Shown: positions 1 through 9,377 of the stretch, piece after piece | Layout: each line of letters begins with the position of its first letter | Position numbering within the stretch: the first letter of the stretch is position 1 | The notes under the pieces: generated by a model | What the model was told of the DNA's origin: nothing | The model's database searches: none | What the model saw: only the letters and a program-made list of their open reading frames with translations | NCBI GenBank assembly: GCA_041744215.1 | Contig: JBGTLG010000015.1 | Coordinates: 165,973 to 229,972 of the forward strand | Direction of reading: 5' to 3' | Length of the DNA: 64,000 bases | DNA from: Fimbriimonadales bacterium | Lineage (GTDB): Bacteria > Armatimonadota > Fimbriimonadia > Fimbriimonadales > ATM1 | Program-made: the position numbers and the translations under genes

Positions 1-1356
1 TGCAAGCAGTGATGTCGCACCCTCAACGAGCTCATTAAGATCGAACTCCATTTCTTCTATCCGAATGGCATTTGCTTCAAGTTTAGAATGATCCAGTATG
101 TCGTTGATCATGCCGACCAATAAGTCCGCGCTCTCCCTAATCGTGTTGAGGCACTCCAGCTGTCGCTCGTCAAGAGAAGTCGACAGCAAAATCTCTGACA
201 TCCCGATAATCCCATTCATCGGAGTCCGAATCTCGTGACTCATTGTTGCCAGGAACGCGCTCTTCAGCCGCGATGCGTTCAGTGCTTCGTCTCGCGCAGT
301 TGAAAGCTCCTTGTCCGAGTGCGCCCTATCGATGGCTATAGCCGACAGCTGAACTACGATTGCTTCGAGGTGCCCTAACAGATTCATGTCTGGCGGTACG
401 CCCTCCCCAGTAGTGACGACCCAGCCGACAACCGCCCCGGATCGGTCCCACACCGGCGCGCGCAGCCATGCGCCTTCGTGACCAGGCGCCGTTTCGCTCG
501 GATAGATGTGCCAAGTCGACCCAGGTAGATGCTCTGCCGCGATCAGCGCTATCGACTCCAACACTTCATCCAAGGGCGCGTTGCGCGCAACCATCTCCAG
601 AACTTCTTTCTGCGCGGAGATAATCTCGAAACTTCTCGCAGCCTCAGCCTCGGCGCGAGCGATCCTGCCAAATCCGATAAACGTTGCCACCCCCGCGAGA
701 AGGGCGATCGCCATTGCGAGCGCAAGGCCGATGTACCACGCAGTGCGAATTCCCGCCAGTCGCCCGACGAAGTCTTCGACAGTCAGGTCCACACCGACGA
801 CACAGGCGACGTCCCCATTTGCGTCGAAAACGGGAGCATACGCACTCATGAACGTGCCCCATCGATCACGGTAGGGCCTTGAGTCCGCTGAAGCGAGCCC
901 AGAAGCGAGGGCTCGAAGCAGCTCGGGCGAAGCCTCCGGATAATGCTCGAGCGGATAGGATTTGTCATCGATGCCGTCCTCGTCTGAATCTCCCGGCTCT
1001 GCGGCATCGAGCACAAAGTGCACCTGATCTCCAATCAAAATGCAGGTGTAGATGTAGGCAATCTCGGCATCAGAGTCACGGATTTCTCGCAGTTTCGCCA
1101 CCGCCTGCTCGTACTCAGGCGACTCGTGAGCATCGGGGGACTCCAGCGTAAGATGGACTCTTGGGTCAACTCGTGTTGCTGCGGCCTTTGCGCTTCGGAT
1201 GAGTCCCTGCTGGACTTCTTGAGTTACCGCATTCGAGCCGAGGAGGTATAGGACTGTGGCGACGCACGCGGAGGCTGACAGCAGAACAAATGCTGCCAGC
1301 ATGCCTGCGATAATCGGTCGCATGCGCGGCTTACCGAATCGGTCCCGAAACCTCAT
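1..1356 (-). CDS. Membrane sensor histidine kinase (TM - extracytoplasmic Cache-like sensor - TM - GAF-like - HisKA); runs off the left edge of the window
   Basis: Not in the ORF track because there is no stop in the window. Hand translation of the minus strand gives KSAFLATMSHEIRTPMNGIIGMSEILL...INDILDHSKLEA (H-box), two hydrophobic segments and YRDRWGTFMSAYAPV...VVGVD. ATG at 1356 (alternative 1323) is in frame. Confidence 0.9.
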   Translation of the reverse strand, partial: MRFRDRFGKPRMRPIIAGMLAAFVLLSASACVATVLYLLGSNAVTQEVQQGLIRSAKAAATRVDPRVHLTLESPDAHESPEYEQAVAKLREIRDSDAEIAYIYTCILIGDQVHFVLDAAEPGDSDEDGIDDKSYPLEHYPEASPELLRALASGLASADSRPYRDRWGTFMSAYAPVFDANGDVACVVGVDLTVEDFVGRLAGIRTAWYIGLALAMAIALLAGVATFIGFGRIARAEAEAARSFEIISAQKEVLEMVARNAPLDEVLESIALIAAEHLPGSTWHIYPSETAPGHEGAWLRAPVWDRSGAVVGWVVTTGEGVPPDMNLLGHLEAIVVQLSAIAIDRAHSDKELSTARDEALNASRLKSAFLATMSHEIRTPMNGIIGMSEILLSTSLDERQLECLNTIRESADLLVGMINDILDHSKLEANAIRIEEMEFDLNELVEGATSLLA

Positions 1357-1447
1357 AAGCAAAGGGCAACTACAAAGCGCGCCCATTCGGGATTATCGGC
1401 AGGGCAACCTTTAGAAGGGAGGTCACCCCGACTGATAAGCTCTCGGC

Positions 1448-2989
1448 CTAAAGTTGAGTTGAGAGACCTTGGGCCATCACAATCTCGCGTGCGTGGTTCA
1501 CGGTGAAGGCCGTTCTGTGCGTTACCGCGTCAAGCAAACCTTCGGCGGAAGGATGGCCGTTGCCGGAGTTCTTAACGCCGCCAAACGGGAGGTGGACTTC
1601 CGCGCCAATTGACGGCAAATTGACGTACCCCAGGCCATAGTCCGCATTGTCTCGAACATAGCGCCACTTGCGGTAGTCCTCAGTCACGACAGCCATGGCT
1701 AGGCCGTAGTCCGTGTCATTGTAGATATCGACGGCCTGTTCGACGCCGTCAACAGGAATAATTGCGACGTGCGGGCTAAAGGCCTCTTCGCGTAGGCAGA
1801 AAGTGTTGGGCCGGTACTCCATGCGATAAACAAAGGGCTCGACAAAGTGGCCGTTTGCGTACTCTCCGTCGGTCAATGCTCCACCATCGCGAAGAACAGT
1901 CGCACCCTCCTCGACAGCCTTCTGATTGTGATGTAGGAACTTCTGAACGCTCTCCTGGGTGATCAGGGGGCCCATAAAGACGTCTTCGTTCAATCCGTCG
2001 CCGATCTTTATTCGGTCAACCATCGCGAGGAACTGCTCCTGAAACTGATCTACCAGCTTCCTATCCACGATCAAGCGGTTCGATGTTACACACCGCTGGC
2101 CGCTCGTTTTGAAGGCACTTAGCAGAGCCGCGGGAACCGCAATGTTGAGATCTGCATCATCCAAAATCAGGACGGCGTTCTTCCCCCCCATTTCCGTTGC
2201 CACGAACTTGTGGGCCTCTGAGGCGGCTTGCCGCTGGACTATCTTGCCGACCTGATAGCTCCCGGTGAACAGCACAACGTCCACATCTGGGTGTGCCACT
2301 AGAGGCGCGCCGGCGGACTCACCTTGGCCATGAACGATGTTGATAACACCCGGTGGGAACCCAGCTTCAACCATGAGCCGGAACAGGTAATCCGCGCAAA
2401 TCGGGGTTTCCTCGCTGGGTTTAAGGACGACGGTGTTCCCCGCAATGAGTGATGGCGTCATTTCCCACAGGGGGATCGCCATTGGGAAATTCCACGGACT
2501 GATGCAAGCAACGACGCCCTTCGGTTTCCGGCGGATGTACGCATCTTTCTCTGGGATCTCGCTGCTGATGCAGTCGCCGATAGGGAGCCTTCCAAGGGCA
2601 GCCGCGAACTGAACCATGTGCAGCGACTCGATGACGTCGGCACGCCCCTCATTGATCGGCTTTCCGCATTCGCGGGTCACCAGCCGGCTCATCGCTTCAA
2701 CGTCTCGCTTGATCAGCTGTGCGAAATTGTCAAGGATCTCGCCCCTGCGCACCCAGCTGAGCTTGCTCCAGGACGGGAAAGCTGCCCCGGCGGCTTCGAC
2801 CGCTGCACTCACGTCCTTCTCATCCGAATCGGGAGCACTCCCTACCACTTCCTTCATGTTTGCGGGATTTACCGAGTCAAATCGCTTCCCCGATGCGGCG
2901 TCTCTCCACTCGCCGTTGATCAGGTTCTTTGCTTCTCGGGGACCCTGCATTTCGCTCTCCTTCTCGCCAAGCTGCGTCATCGTTGCCAT
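1448..2989 (-). CDS. Aldehyde dehydrogenase family protein
   Basis: ISPWNFP, LKPSEETP, FTGS, EMGGKN, GQRC(V), EEAFSP and PFGGVKNSG motifs. Start trimmed from 3253 to ATG 2989, which has a -10 box TATCCT 6 nt upstream; an alternative start at 2950 has AGGAG. Confidence 0.93.
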   Translation of the reverse strand: MATMTQLGEKESEMQGPREAKNLINGEWRDAASGKRFDSVNPANMKEVVGSAPDSDEKDVSAAVEAAGAAFPSWSKLSWVRRGEILDNFAQLIKRDVEAMSRLVTRECGKPINEGRADVIESLHMVQFAAALGRLPIGDCISSEIPEKDAYIRRKPKGVVACISPWNFPMAIPLWEMTPSLIAGNTVVLKPSEETPICADYLFRLMVEAGFPPGVINIVHGQGESAGAPLVAHPDVDVVLFTGSYQVGKIVQRQAASEAHKFVATEMGGKNAVLILDDADLNIAVPAALLSAFKTSGQRCVTSNRLIVDRKLVDQFQEQFLAMVDRIKIGDGLNEDVFMGPLITQESVQKFLHHNQKAVEEGATVLRDGGALTDGEYANGHFVEPFVYRMEYRPNTFCLREEAFSPHVAIIPVDGVEQAVDIYNDTDYGLAMAVVTEDYRKWRYVRDNADYGLGYVNLPSIGAEVHLPFGGVKNSGNGHPSAEGLLDAVTHRTAFTVNHAREIVMAQGLSTQL

Positions 2990-3007
2990 GGGAGTAGGAT
3001 ACCTTTC

Positions 3008-3036
3008 GGAAACCTCTGGCGGCCGTTCGGCGTAAT
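3008..3036 (+). promoter_or_regulatory. ECF-sigma-type promoter (GGAAAC-N17-CGTAAT)
   Basis: AAC/CGT bipartite motif with 17-nt spacer, ending 7 nt before the lipoprotein ATG at 3044. Confidence 0.5.
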
Positions 3037-3043
3037 GGTACAC

Positions 3044-3391
3044 ATGAATCGCTTCTTGCTTGGCTCCCTGTTTGCTCTGTCCATCGGTGCACTGGGTTGC
3101 ACCCCTCAAGTTGAGCCGCAAGCAACGGGTGAAGGCAGCGGTGTCACGACGTCGGACGAGGGCTACACAGTGACGAAGAAGCCCCTCAACAGAGAGATCG
3201 TCCCGGTCTACCCAGACCCGGCAGACCCAAAGACCGTCGAGGCACCAACCCAAAGTAGCTACGACACGCCGTACCGCCCCGACACGAAGGGGGGAGAACC
3301 AGCGCCGCCGAAGGCATCAAAGTTCAAGCCGATGGAGGCGAAGCCGGCTGACCAGGCCCGCAAGCCGGATCCGGTGAAGCCAGGCCGATAG
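3044..3391 (+). CDS. Small Pro-rich lipoprotein, hypothetical
   Basis: MNRFLLGSLFALSIGALGC: signal peptide with lipobox ALG-C, followed by a low-complexity P/K/A/T tail. In frame with the track ORF 2618..3391. Confidence 0.7.
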   Translation: MNRFLLGSLFALSIGALGCTPQVEPQATGEGSGVTTSDEGYTVTKKPLNREIVPVYPDPADPKTVEAPTQSSYDTPYRPDTKGGEPAPPKASKFKPMEAKPADQARKPDPVKPGR

Positions 3392-3447
3392 CCAAGTTAC
3401 GACGGCGGTTCCTGGCCTAGTTGCCGAAGTTGTGTAGGCTGTGGAGA

Positions 3448-4572
3448 ATGCCCCATGTACTCAGGTGCTTCCTCTGCGAGGCGCCGCACGATCCGAACTC
3501 CCTGCAAACGACTTGCTCGAAATGCGGAAAGCCGCTACGCGTGGATCTCGATCTCGCTGGACTTCGGCCCGAATCAATCGACGGCTCTCGCGCGGATCTC
3601 TGGAGGTACGCACGCTTTCTGCCCTGTGCGCCCGCCGTCTCGCTAGGTGAAGGCTGGACGCCCCTCCGTCATACGTCGACACTTGGAGATGGTGTCTGGC
3701 TCAAAGACGAAGGCGTAAATCCTACGGCAAGCTTCAAGGCTCGGGGGATGGCTGTTGCCGTAGCTATGGCGAAGAGCCTCGGTGCCACCGAACTCGCAGT
3801 GCCCAGTGCAGGCAACGCTGGAGGAGCAATGTCGGCGTACGCGGCGGCGCACGGGATGGTCGCTCATGTCTTCATGCCGGCGGACACTCCCTCAGCCTGT
3901 GTGATTGAGTGCAAGGCCCTCGGGGCCAATGTCATCTTGATCGACGGCCTCATCACGGATTGCGCTGCCGAGATTCAAAGGCAGATCGGAGAAGGCGCAC
4001 CATGGTTCGATATGAGCACGCTCAAGGAGCCGTATCGAGTGGAGGGTAAGAAGACGATGGGCTACGAGCTCTTCGAACAACTCGGCCGATTGCCTGACGC
4101 GATCATTTATCCGACAGGTGGCGGTACAGGCCTGGTCGGTATGTGGAAGGCATTCGGAGAAATGGAGCAGTTGGGTTGGATATCCAGCGACCGCCCTAAG
4201 ATGATCTCGGTGCAGACAGAAGGCTGCTGTCCGCTCGTGAACGCGTTTATGCTCGGTGAGCGGTTCGCGATCGAGCACCAGAACGCCCAGACGGTTGCCT
4301 CGGGGCTCCGCGTCCCGCGTGCGATCGGAGACTTCATCATTCTTGACCTGATTCGCGCCTCGGGGGGCACCGCAATCGCCATCCCGGACGACGAGATGAT
4401 TCGGACTGCGAAGGAGATCGGACGATCTACGGGGGTATTCGCGTGCCCGGAGGGCGGAGCTACTCTTGCCGCGTACCGTCGATTGATCGGCTCGGGATTT
4501 CTCTCGTCCGGCGAGACGGTCGTTCTGTTCAACACGGGTAGCGGGACGAAGTACTTGGAAGCGATGGGCTAG
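3448..4572 (+). CDS. thrC: Threonine synthase (PLP-dependent, fold type II)
   Basis: N-terminal CxxC...CxxC, SLGEGWTPL, NPTASFKARG (PLP lysine), SAGNAG, YRVEGKKT, PTGGGTG, FNTGSGTKY. Confidence 0.9.
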   Translation: MPHVLRCFLCEAPHDPNSLQTTCSKCGKPLRVDLDLAGLRPESIDGSRADLWRYARFLPCAPAVSLGEGWTPLRHTSTLGDGVWLKDEGVNPTASFKARGMAVAVAMAKSLGATELAVPSAGNAGGAMSAYAAAHGMVAHVFMPADTPSACVIECKALGANVILIDGLITDCAAEIQRQIGEGAPWFDMSTLKEPYRVEGKKTMGYELFEQLGRLPDAIIYPTGGGTGLVGMWKAFGEMEQLGWISSDRPKMISVQTEGCCPLVNAFMLGERFAIEHQNAQTVASGLRVPRAIGDFIILDLIRASGGTAIAIPDDEMIRTAKEIGRSTGVFACPEGGATLAAYRRLIGSGFLSSGETVVLFNTGSGTKYLEAMG

Positions 4573-4821
4573 GGGATTCACGTCTCGCCGAGGGGAGCAG
4601 GCCGGACGCTCGCCTCACGTTCAACTCAGTGATAGGGCTGACACCTTCCCGAGTCATAAAAGCCAGCAAATATACCTGTGTCCCTAGTATTCCCAACAGG
4701 AATAACCCCCGCAGAGTTAGCAGGGCCGGTTAGGTCAGGCGCTCCCGACCGGAACGGCTGAAACGGATTTTGGCCCTCAGGACGGACACCACTACCGAAT
4801 AAGTCAAGGAGGATTGAAGCG

Positions 4822-6258
4822 ATGTCATTTCGCGTCAACACAAACCTCGGAGCGATAAACGCGCTCCGGAATCTGAACATGACCGGCCTGGAGTTTGGAA
4901 AGTCAGTCACTCGGCTCTCCACCGGCTTGCGAATCACAACCGCAGCCGACGACCCGGCAGGGCTCATCATCTCGGAAAACTTTCGCGCCCAAATCGCGTC
5001 CCTGGATCAAGCGGTCCAGAACAACCAGGATGCGATCAATTATGCCAAGACGGCAGAAGGCGCACTTGACGAAGTCAGCCGGCTATTGAAGGATGCACGC
5101 AAGCTCGCGATCGCATCCGGAAACACCGGCGCCCTGGACGCAACAGCGATTCAGGCTAACCAAACTCAGCTTCAGTCGATCCTATCGTCGATCGACCGAA
5201 TCGCTTTGCAAACGCAGTTCGGCAACAAGAAGCTCCTCGACGGCTCAGCGGGTATCACTACCTCGGTGACGAACGCGCAAAACGTGGCTGCGATTACGAT
5301 GAGCGGGACGTTTGCTGGTTTCGCCGTAAACACTAGCGGCACGGTTACAGGTGAAGTAACAACTGCGGCAACGCGAGCAGTTATAACCGGCTCGACAACG
5401 TTCGGGTCGGGACTCACCACAGTCGTCGGCGCTGGCAACTTTGTCGTGAACGGCGTTGCATTTGCGACGGACGGCACAGAGACTCTCCAGTCCGTCCTCA
5501 CTCGCTTCAACAACGCGTCTTCCCAAACTGGAGTCACGTTCGACTACAACGGCACGAACGTCGTCTTGACGTCAAATGGCTGGGGCTCCAACGCGAAGAT
5601 CTCGTTCACAGATACGGCCGGGCGGATCATTGCGGCGGGCAACCAAACTGCCGCTGGTACGGACGCAATCGCGACCGTCACGGTAACCACCGCGAATGGC
5701 GTGGTTTCATCCACGTTCAGCGGCGGTCGAAATGGTGACAGCGGACTGCGGCTAACCGACATCTATGGGAACTCTCTGCTTCTGACCGAAGCTGGCAACG
5801 CAACTGGCGCAGCAGCAGCGATAGGTCGGATCGAGGCGGGATCTGCCCAGTTCCAGGTTGGCGCGAACGCGGGACAGACGGTCAGCCTTTCACTAGCGAA
5901 CATGCTGACGAGTCAACTTGGAGCCGGTGTCATAGCCGGCGAGACGTTGGCAACGATAAATGTCACGTCCGCCACAGGCGCAGAGAACTCGATCCGAGTA
6001 ATCGACGCGGCCATCACACAGGTCACCAAGATTCGAGGCGAGATCGGCTCCTTCCAGAGAAACGTTCTCGAATCGAATGTCAGATCGTTGGGCGTGGCCC
6101 GCGAAAATCTGACCGCGACAGAATCGACGATTCGCGACGCCGACATGGCGAGCGAGATCACCAACTTCACACGTCTGCAGATTCTTCAACAAGGCGGCCT
6201 CGCCGTCCTCAGTCAAGCTAATGCAGCGCCCCAAGCAGTACTCAGTCTTTTGAGGTAG
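4822..6258 (+). CDS. fliC: Flagellin, copy 1
   Basis: RLSTGLRITTAADDPAGL, FGNKKLLDG, FQVGANAGQ, SxIRDADMASE, QILQQGGLAVLSQAN; strong SD AAGGAGG. Confidence 0.95.
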   Translation: MSFRVNTNLGAINALRNLNMTGLEFGKSVTRLSTGLRITTAADDPAGLIISENFRAQIASLDQAVQNNQDAINYAKTAEGALDEVSRLLKDARKLAIASGNTGALDATAIQANQTQLQSILSSIDRIALQTQFGNKKLLDGSAGITTSVTNAQNVAAITMSGTFAGFAVNTSGTVTGEVTTAATRAVITGSTTFGSGLTTVVGAGNFVVNGVAFATDGTETLQSVLTRFNNASSQTGVTFDYNGTNVVLTSNGWGSNAKISFTDTAGRIIAAGNQTAAGTDAIATVTVTTANGVVSSTFSGGRNGDSGLRLTDIYGNSLLLTEAGNATGAAAAIGRIEAGSAQFQVGANAGQTVSLSLANMLTSQLGAGVIAGETLATINVTSATGAENSIRVIDAAITQVTKIRGEIGSFQRNVLESNVRSLGVARENLTATESTIRDADMASEITNFTRLQILQQGGLAVLSQANAAPQAVLSLLR

Positions 6259-6277
6259 TGGCACAATAGCGGGGCAA

Positions 6278-6317
6278 GAGCGGGGCTCGCCGAAAGGCGG
6301 GCCCTGCTCGTTTCTTT
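6278..6317 (+). terminator. Intrinsic terminator after flagellin 1
   Basis: GAGCGGGGCTCGCC-GAAA-GGCGGGCCCTGCTC stem-loop followed by GTTTCTTT. Confidence 0.75.
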
Positions 6318-6345
6318 GTCCTCGGTGAGAAAGCCACCATAGCAT
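6316..6345 (+). promoter_or_regulatory. Putative sigma70-type promoter of flagellin 2
   Basis: TTGTCC-N18-TAGCAT; a similar TAGTATTCCC lies upstream of flagellin 1 at 4685. Confidence 0.35.
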
Positions 6346-6392
6346 TCCCGGTATTGGTGCGAGGTGAATGCGGAACTGCCGTGTGGAAAACG

Positions 6393-6423
6393 TGTCACGG
6401 ACGGAGACAGGTCATGGATGACC
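6393..6423 (+). promoter_or_regulatory. CsrA/RsmA-type GGA hairpins in the flagellin 2 leader
   Basis: TGTC-ACGGACGGA-GACA (6393-6409) and GGTC-ATGGAT-GACC (6410-6423), each with ANGGA in the loop. Confidence 0.55.
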
Positions 6424-6534
6424 GCAGCGCTCCGTTGCCCGGAGTGCTTCTGTGAGGGTGGGCTGAGTCTACCGAGGGTTAGTGTCCTCTGAGGAAGAAG
6501 CAATTCCGGGTGACTGCAATCAAGGAGGAATCAG

Positions 6535-7971
6535 ATGTCGTTTCGTGTAAACACCAACGTTGGTGCATTGAACGCGCTGCGAAACCTGAACAGAACGGCG
6601 GCGGACTTTAACAAGTCTGTTACGCGGCTCTCAACGGGTCTTCGCATAACCACCGCAGCGGATGACCCTGCGGGCTTGATCATTTCTGAGAGCTTTCGCT
6701 CCCAGATTTCATCCATCGACCAGGCTGTCCAGAACAACCAGGACGCCATCAACTACGCTAAAACAGCCGAGGGCGCACTTGATGAAGTCAGCCGACTTCT
6801 CAACGATGCCCGAAAGCTGGCAATCGCGTCCGGTAACACCGGCACGCTTGACGCAACTGCAATCCAAGCCAACCAAACTCAGTTGGCTTCGATCCTCTCA
6901 TCCATTGACAGAATCGCGAACCAAACGCAGTTTGGAAACAAAAAGCTTCTGGATGGCTCTGCCGGCATCACATCAACTGTGACGAACGCGACCAACTATG
7001 GCGCGATCAACATCGGCGGAACGTTTGGCAATTATGCCGTCAACGCAAGCGGTAACGTTACTGTAGAAGTAACGACCGCTGCTACACGCGGGGTAGTTAC
7101 TGGCTCAACCACATTCGGCTCAGGGCTCGCCACGACGGTAGGAGCAGGCAGCTTCGTCGTGAACGGTGTCGCATTCTCTACTGACGGCACGGAAACTCTT
7201 CAAGGTCTGCTGACGCGCTTCAATAACGCTTCATCGCAAACCGGCGTCACGTTTGACTACAACGGCACGAACGTCGTGCTGACTACGAACGGCTATGGCA
7301 CCAACGCGAAAATCTCGTTCACTGATACAGCTGGACGGATCATCGCAGCAGGCAACCAAACTGCTGCTGGTGTGGACGCTGTCGCAACGGTAACCGTTAC
7401 GACTGCAAATGGCGCGACCTCAGCGACGTTCACTGGCGGCCGGAATGGAGACAGTGGGCTCAGGCTCACGGACACCTTTGGCAACGCCGTGCTTCTGACG
7501 CAAGCTGGCAACGCGACTGGCGCGGCGGCCGTAGTCGGTCGCATAGAAGCTGGTTCGGCGCAGTTCCAGGTTGGCGCAAACGCCGGCCAGAAGGTAAGCC
7601 TGTCACTGGCGAACATGCTCTCGAGCCAACTCGGTTCTGGCGTGGTCGCTGGCCAAACATTGGCGACTGTAAACGTGACTTCGGCCAGCGGAGCTGAAGA
7701 TGCCGTGAAAGTCATTGACGCTGCAATCTCGCAAGTGTCGAAATCTCGCGGCGACATAGGTTCATTCCAGAGAAACGTACTCGAGTCGAACGTTCGATCG
7801 CTCGGCGTTGCGCGGGAAAACCTAACTGCAACAGAATCTACGATCCGCGACGTGGATATGGCGTCGGAGATCACGAACTTCACTCGGCTGCAGATCCTGC
7901 AGCAGGGCGGTCTGGCCGTGCTATCGCAGGCCAACGCATCACCGCAGTCTGTTCTCAGCCTGCTTAGATAG
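6535..7971 (+). CDS. fliC: Flagellin, copy 2
   Basis: Same conserved flagellin N- and C-terminal motifs; 478 aa and colinear with copy 1; SD AAGGAGG. Confidence 0.95.
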   Translation: MSFRVNTNVGALNALRNLNRTAADFNKSVTRLSTGLRITTAADDPAGLIISESFRSQISSIDQAVQNNQDAINYAKTAEGALDEVSRLLNDARKLAIASGNTGTLDATAIQANQTQLASILSSIDRIANQTQFGNKKLLDGSAGITSTVTNATNYGAINIGGTFGNYAVNASGNVTVEVTTAATRGVVTGSTTFGSGLATTVGAGSFVVNGVAFSTDGTETLQGLLTRFNNASSQTGVTFDYNGTNVVLTTNGYGTNAKISFTDTAGRIIAAGNQTAAGVDAVATVTVTTANGATSATFTGGRNGDSGLRLTDTFGNAVLLTQAGNATGAAAVVGRIEAGSAQFQVGANAGQKVSLSLANMLSSQLGSGVVAGQTLATVNVTSASGAEDAVKVIDAAISQVSKSRGDIGSFQRNVLESNVRSLGVARENLTATESTIRDVDMASEITNFTRLQILQQGGLAVLSQANASPQSVLSLLR

Positions 7972-8000
7972 TTCGACCTCCCGTAACTCGGTAGACGCAA

Positions 8001-8025
8001 GGGCCTCGGAAAGTATCCGAGGCCC
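8001..8025. terminator. Hairpin between convergent flagellin 2 and ADP-ribosylglycohydrolase genes (probable bidirectional terminator)
   Basis: GGGCCTCGGA-AAGTA-TCCGAGGCCC, a perfect 10-bp stem. Confidence 0.6.
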
Positions 8026-9350
8026 TACGTCATCGAGACCGCTAGTGTCCTCTTTGCCATGTGGCTTATCGACACTCTGTGAAAGCCCTGTACCCCAGTT
8101 TCTAGTGTGTCGTTGAGCGGGTGGATCCAACGCTCTGGCAAGAAAGATTTACCTTGCATCGCGCCCAGGACCGAGCCGACGGTCGCGCCATTGCAGTCAG
8201 TATCAAACCCTGCCTCCACAGCAAGGCAAATCGATCGCTCGAAGTCCTGATCGCCCCACAGCAACGCCATCGCGACAATCTCCGCATTCGGGATGACGTG
8301 ACACCAGTCGTGTGCACGATTTTCATTCCATCGAGTATGGATCTCGTCAACTGCCTGCGCTGAATGCGAAAATTTCTGTCGGTTCTCGAGTTGCCCCCGA
8401 ATTGCGGCAGCAATCCGAGACTGCTCTGGTACTTCACCCAGTCCAGCATGGATCACGGTAGGCATGTCGGCCTGCACAAATGCGGCTGCGATCATCGCGG
8501 CAACCCACATCTCCCCATAGATACCGTTCCTTATATGGGAGATACGAGCGTCGCGCCAGGCGTATTCAGCAGCAAGCTCTGGATTGCCAGGATTGACGTA
8601 GCCCCACATATCCGCACGAATCTGTGCACCGATCCACTCACGGTAAGGGTTGCGAAACCGTGCTGACGCGGGCGGCATGATTCCGTTTGCGAAATTTCTG
8701 TACGCAATCCGTTCGGCTGTGCAAGTGCGGAGGATTGGTATTCGGTCGAGCCAGAGGTTCGCTACGTCTTCGCAACTGAAGTCTCGTCCGTGCGCTTCGA
8801 GGATAGCGAGTCCGACAGTCGTGTAGTTCATGTCGTCGTCCTCCGGCATATGGGTCACGTTTTCGATGAAAGGGCCGCTTCGATCGATGTTGTGCTTCTC
8901 CAAGATTGCTGCAGTTGAGTCGATTGAGATGTAGTAGCTTAGTGGAGCCTGGTCCGACTCATGCAGATAGCCCTTGATCTGTTCGCGCTTCCAACCCTCC
9001 ACAGGCTTACCGAGAAGACATCCTGCGCACCTGCCAAACCACGCGCCCTGAAGGCGATCCTCGATGCCACCGGCTAAAGCCGATCGTGCAAAGCGTCCGC
9101 TTGGCCGAGCCTCTCTAATGTGTGAGAGATCCTCGGGCTCGACGAAGGGATAGTCGGCTCTGCTCGAGGTGGCTCGAAGTGCATCCAACAATTGGTGAGC
9201 GCGCCCCTGACCGCTCTCGGTTTCGAGGTCTGCCGCGTGTAGCTCATTTAGAGACGCAGCGCATACGGACAAGTCACGCCCTTCCTGTTCGCATTGGAGT
9301 TGCTCCGTCTGGAGGTCAGTGGCGTCAAGCCTCAGCCACAAGTGTTTCAC
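8025..9350 (-). CDS. ADP-ribosylglycohydrolase family protein
   Basis: GAWFGRCAGCLLGKPVEG, MPEDDDMNYT, EWIGAQIRAD and GFDTDCNGATVG metal-binding motifs. Confidence 0.88.
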   Translation of the reverse strand: MKHLWLRLDATDLQTEQLQCEQEGRDLSVCAASLNELHAADLETESGQGRAHQLLDALRATSSRADYPFVEPEDLSHIREARPSGRFARSALAGGIEDRLQGAWFGRCAGCLLGKPVEGWKREQIKGYLHESDQAPLSYYISIDSTAAILEKHNIDRSGPFIENVTHMPEDDDMNYTTVGLAILEAHGRDFSCEDVANLWLDRIPILRTCTAERIAYRNFANGIMPPASARFRNPYREWIGAQIRADMWGYVNPGNPELAAEYAWRDARISHIRNGIYGEMWVAAMIAAAFVQADMPTVIHAGLGEVPEQSRIAAAIRGQLENRQKFSHSAQAVDEIHTRWNENRAHDWCHVIPNAEIVAMALLWGDQDFERSICLAVEAGFDTDCNGATVGSVLGAMQGKSFLPERWIHPLNDTLETGVQGFHRVSISHMAKRTLAVSMT

Positions 9351-9377
9351 AGAGACGATTTTGTACGAAGTCTCGGC

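Noticed and set aside
1393-1413. Perfect sigma28 -10 box GCCGATAA on the minus strand upstream of the histidine kinase
   Set aside because: The nearest TAAA is only 9 nt away and the consensus needs about 15, so a FliA promoter cannot be supported.
2990-3253. N-terminal extension of the aldehyde dehydrogenase ORF to 3253, and of the + ORF to 2618
   Set aside because: The extensions overlap each other on opposite strands and look non-coding; better starts exist at 2989 and 3044.
4822-7971. Flagellin duplication as an assembly artefact
   Set aside because: The copies differ at many synonymous and some amino-acid positions and have different leaders.
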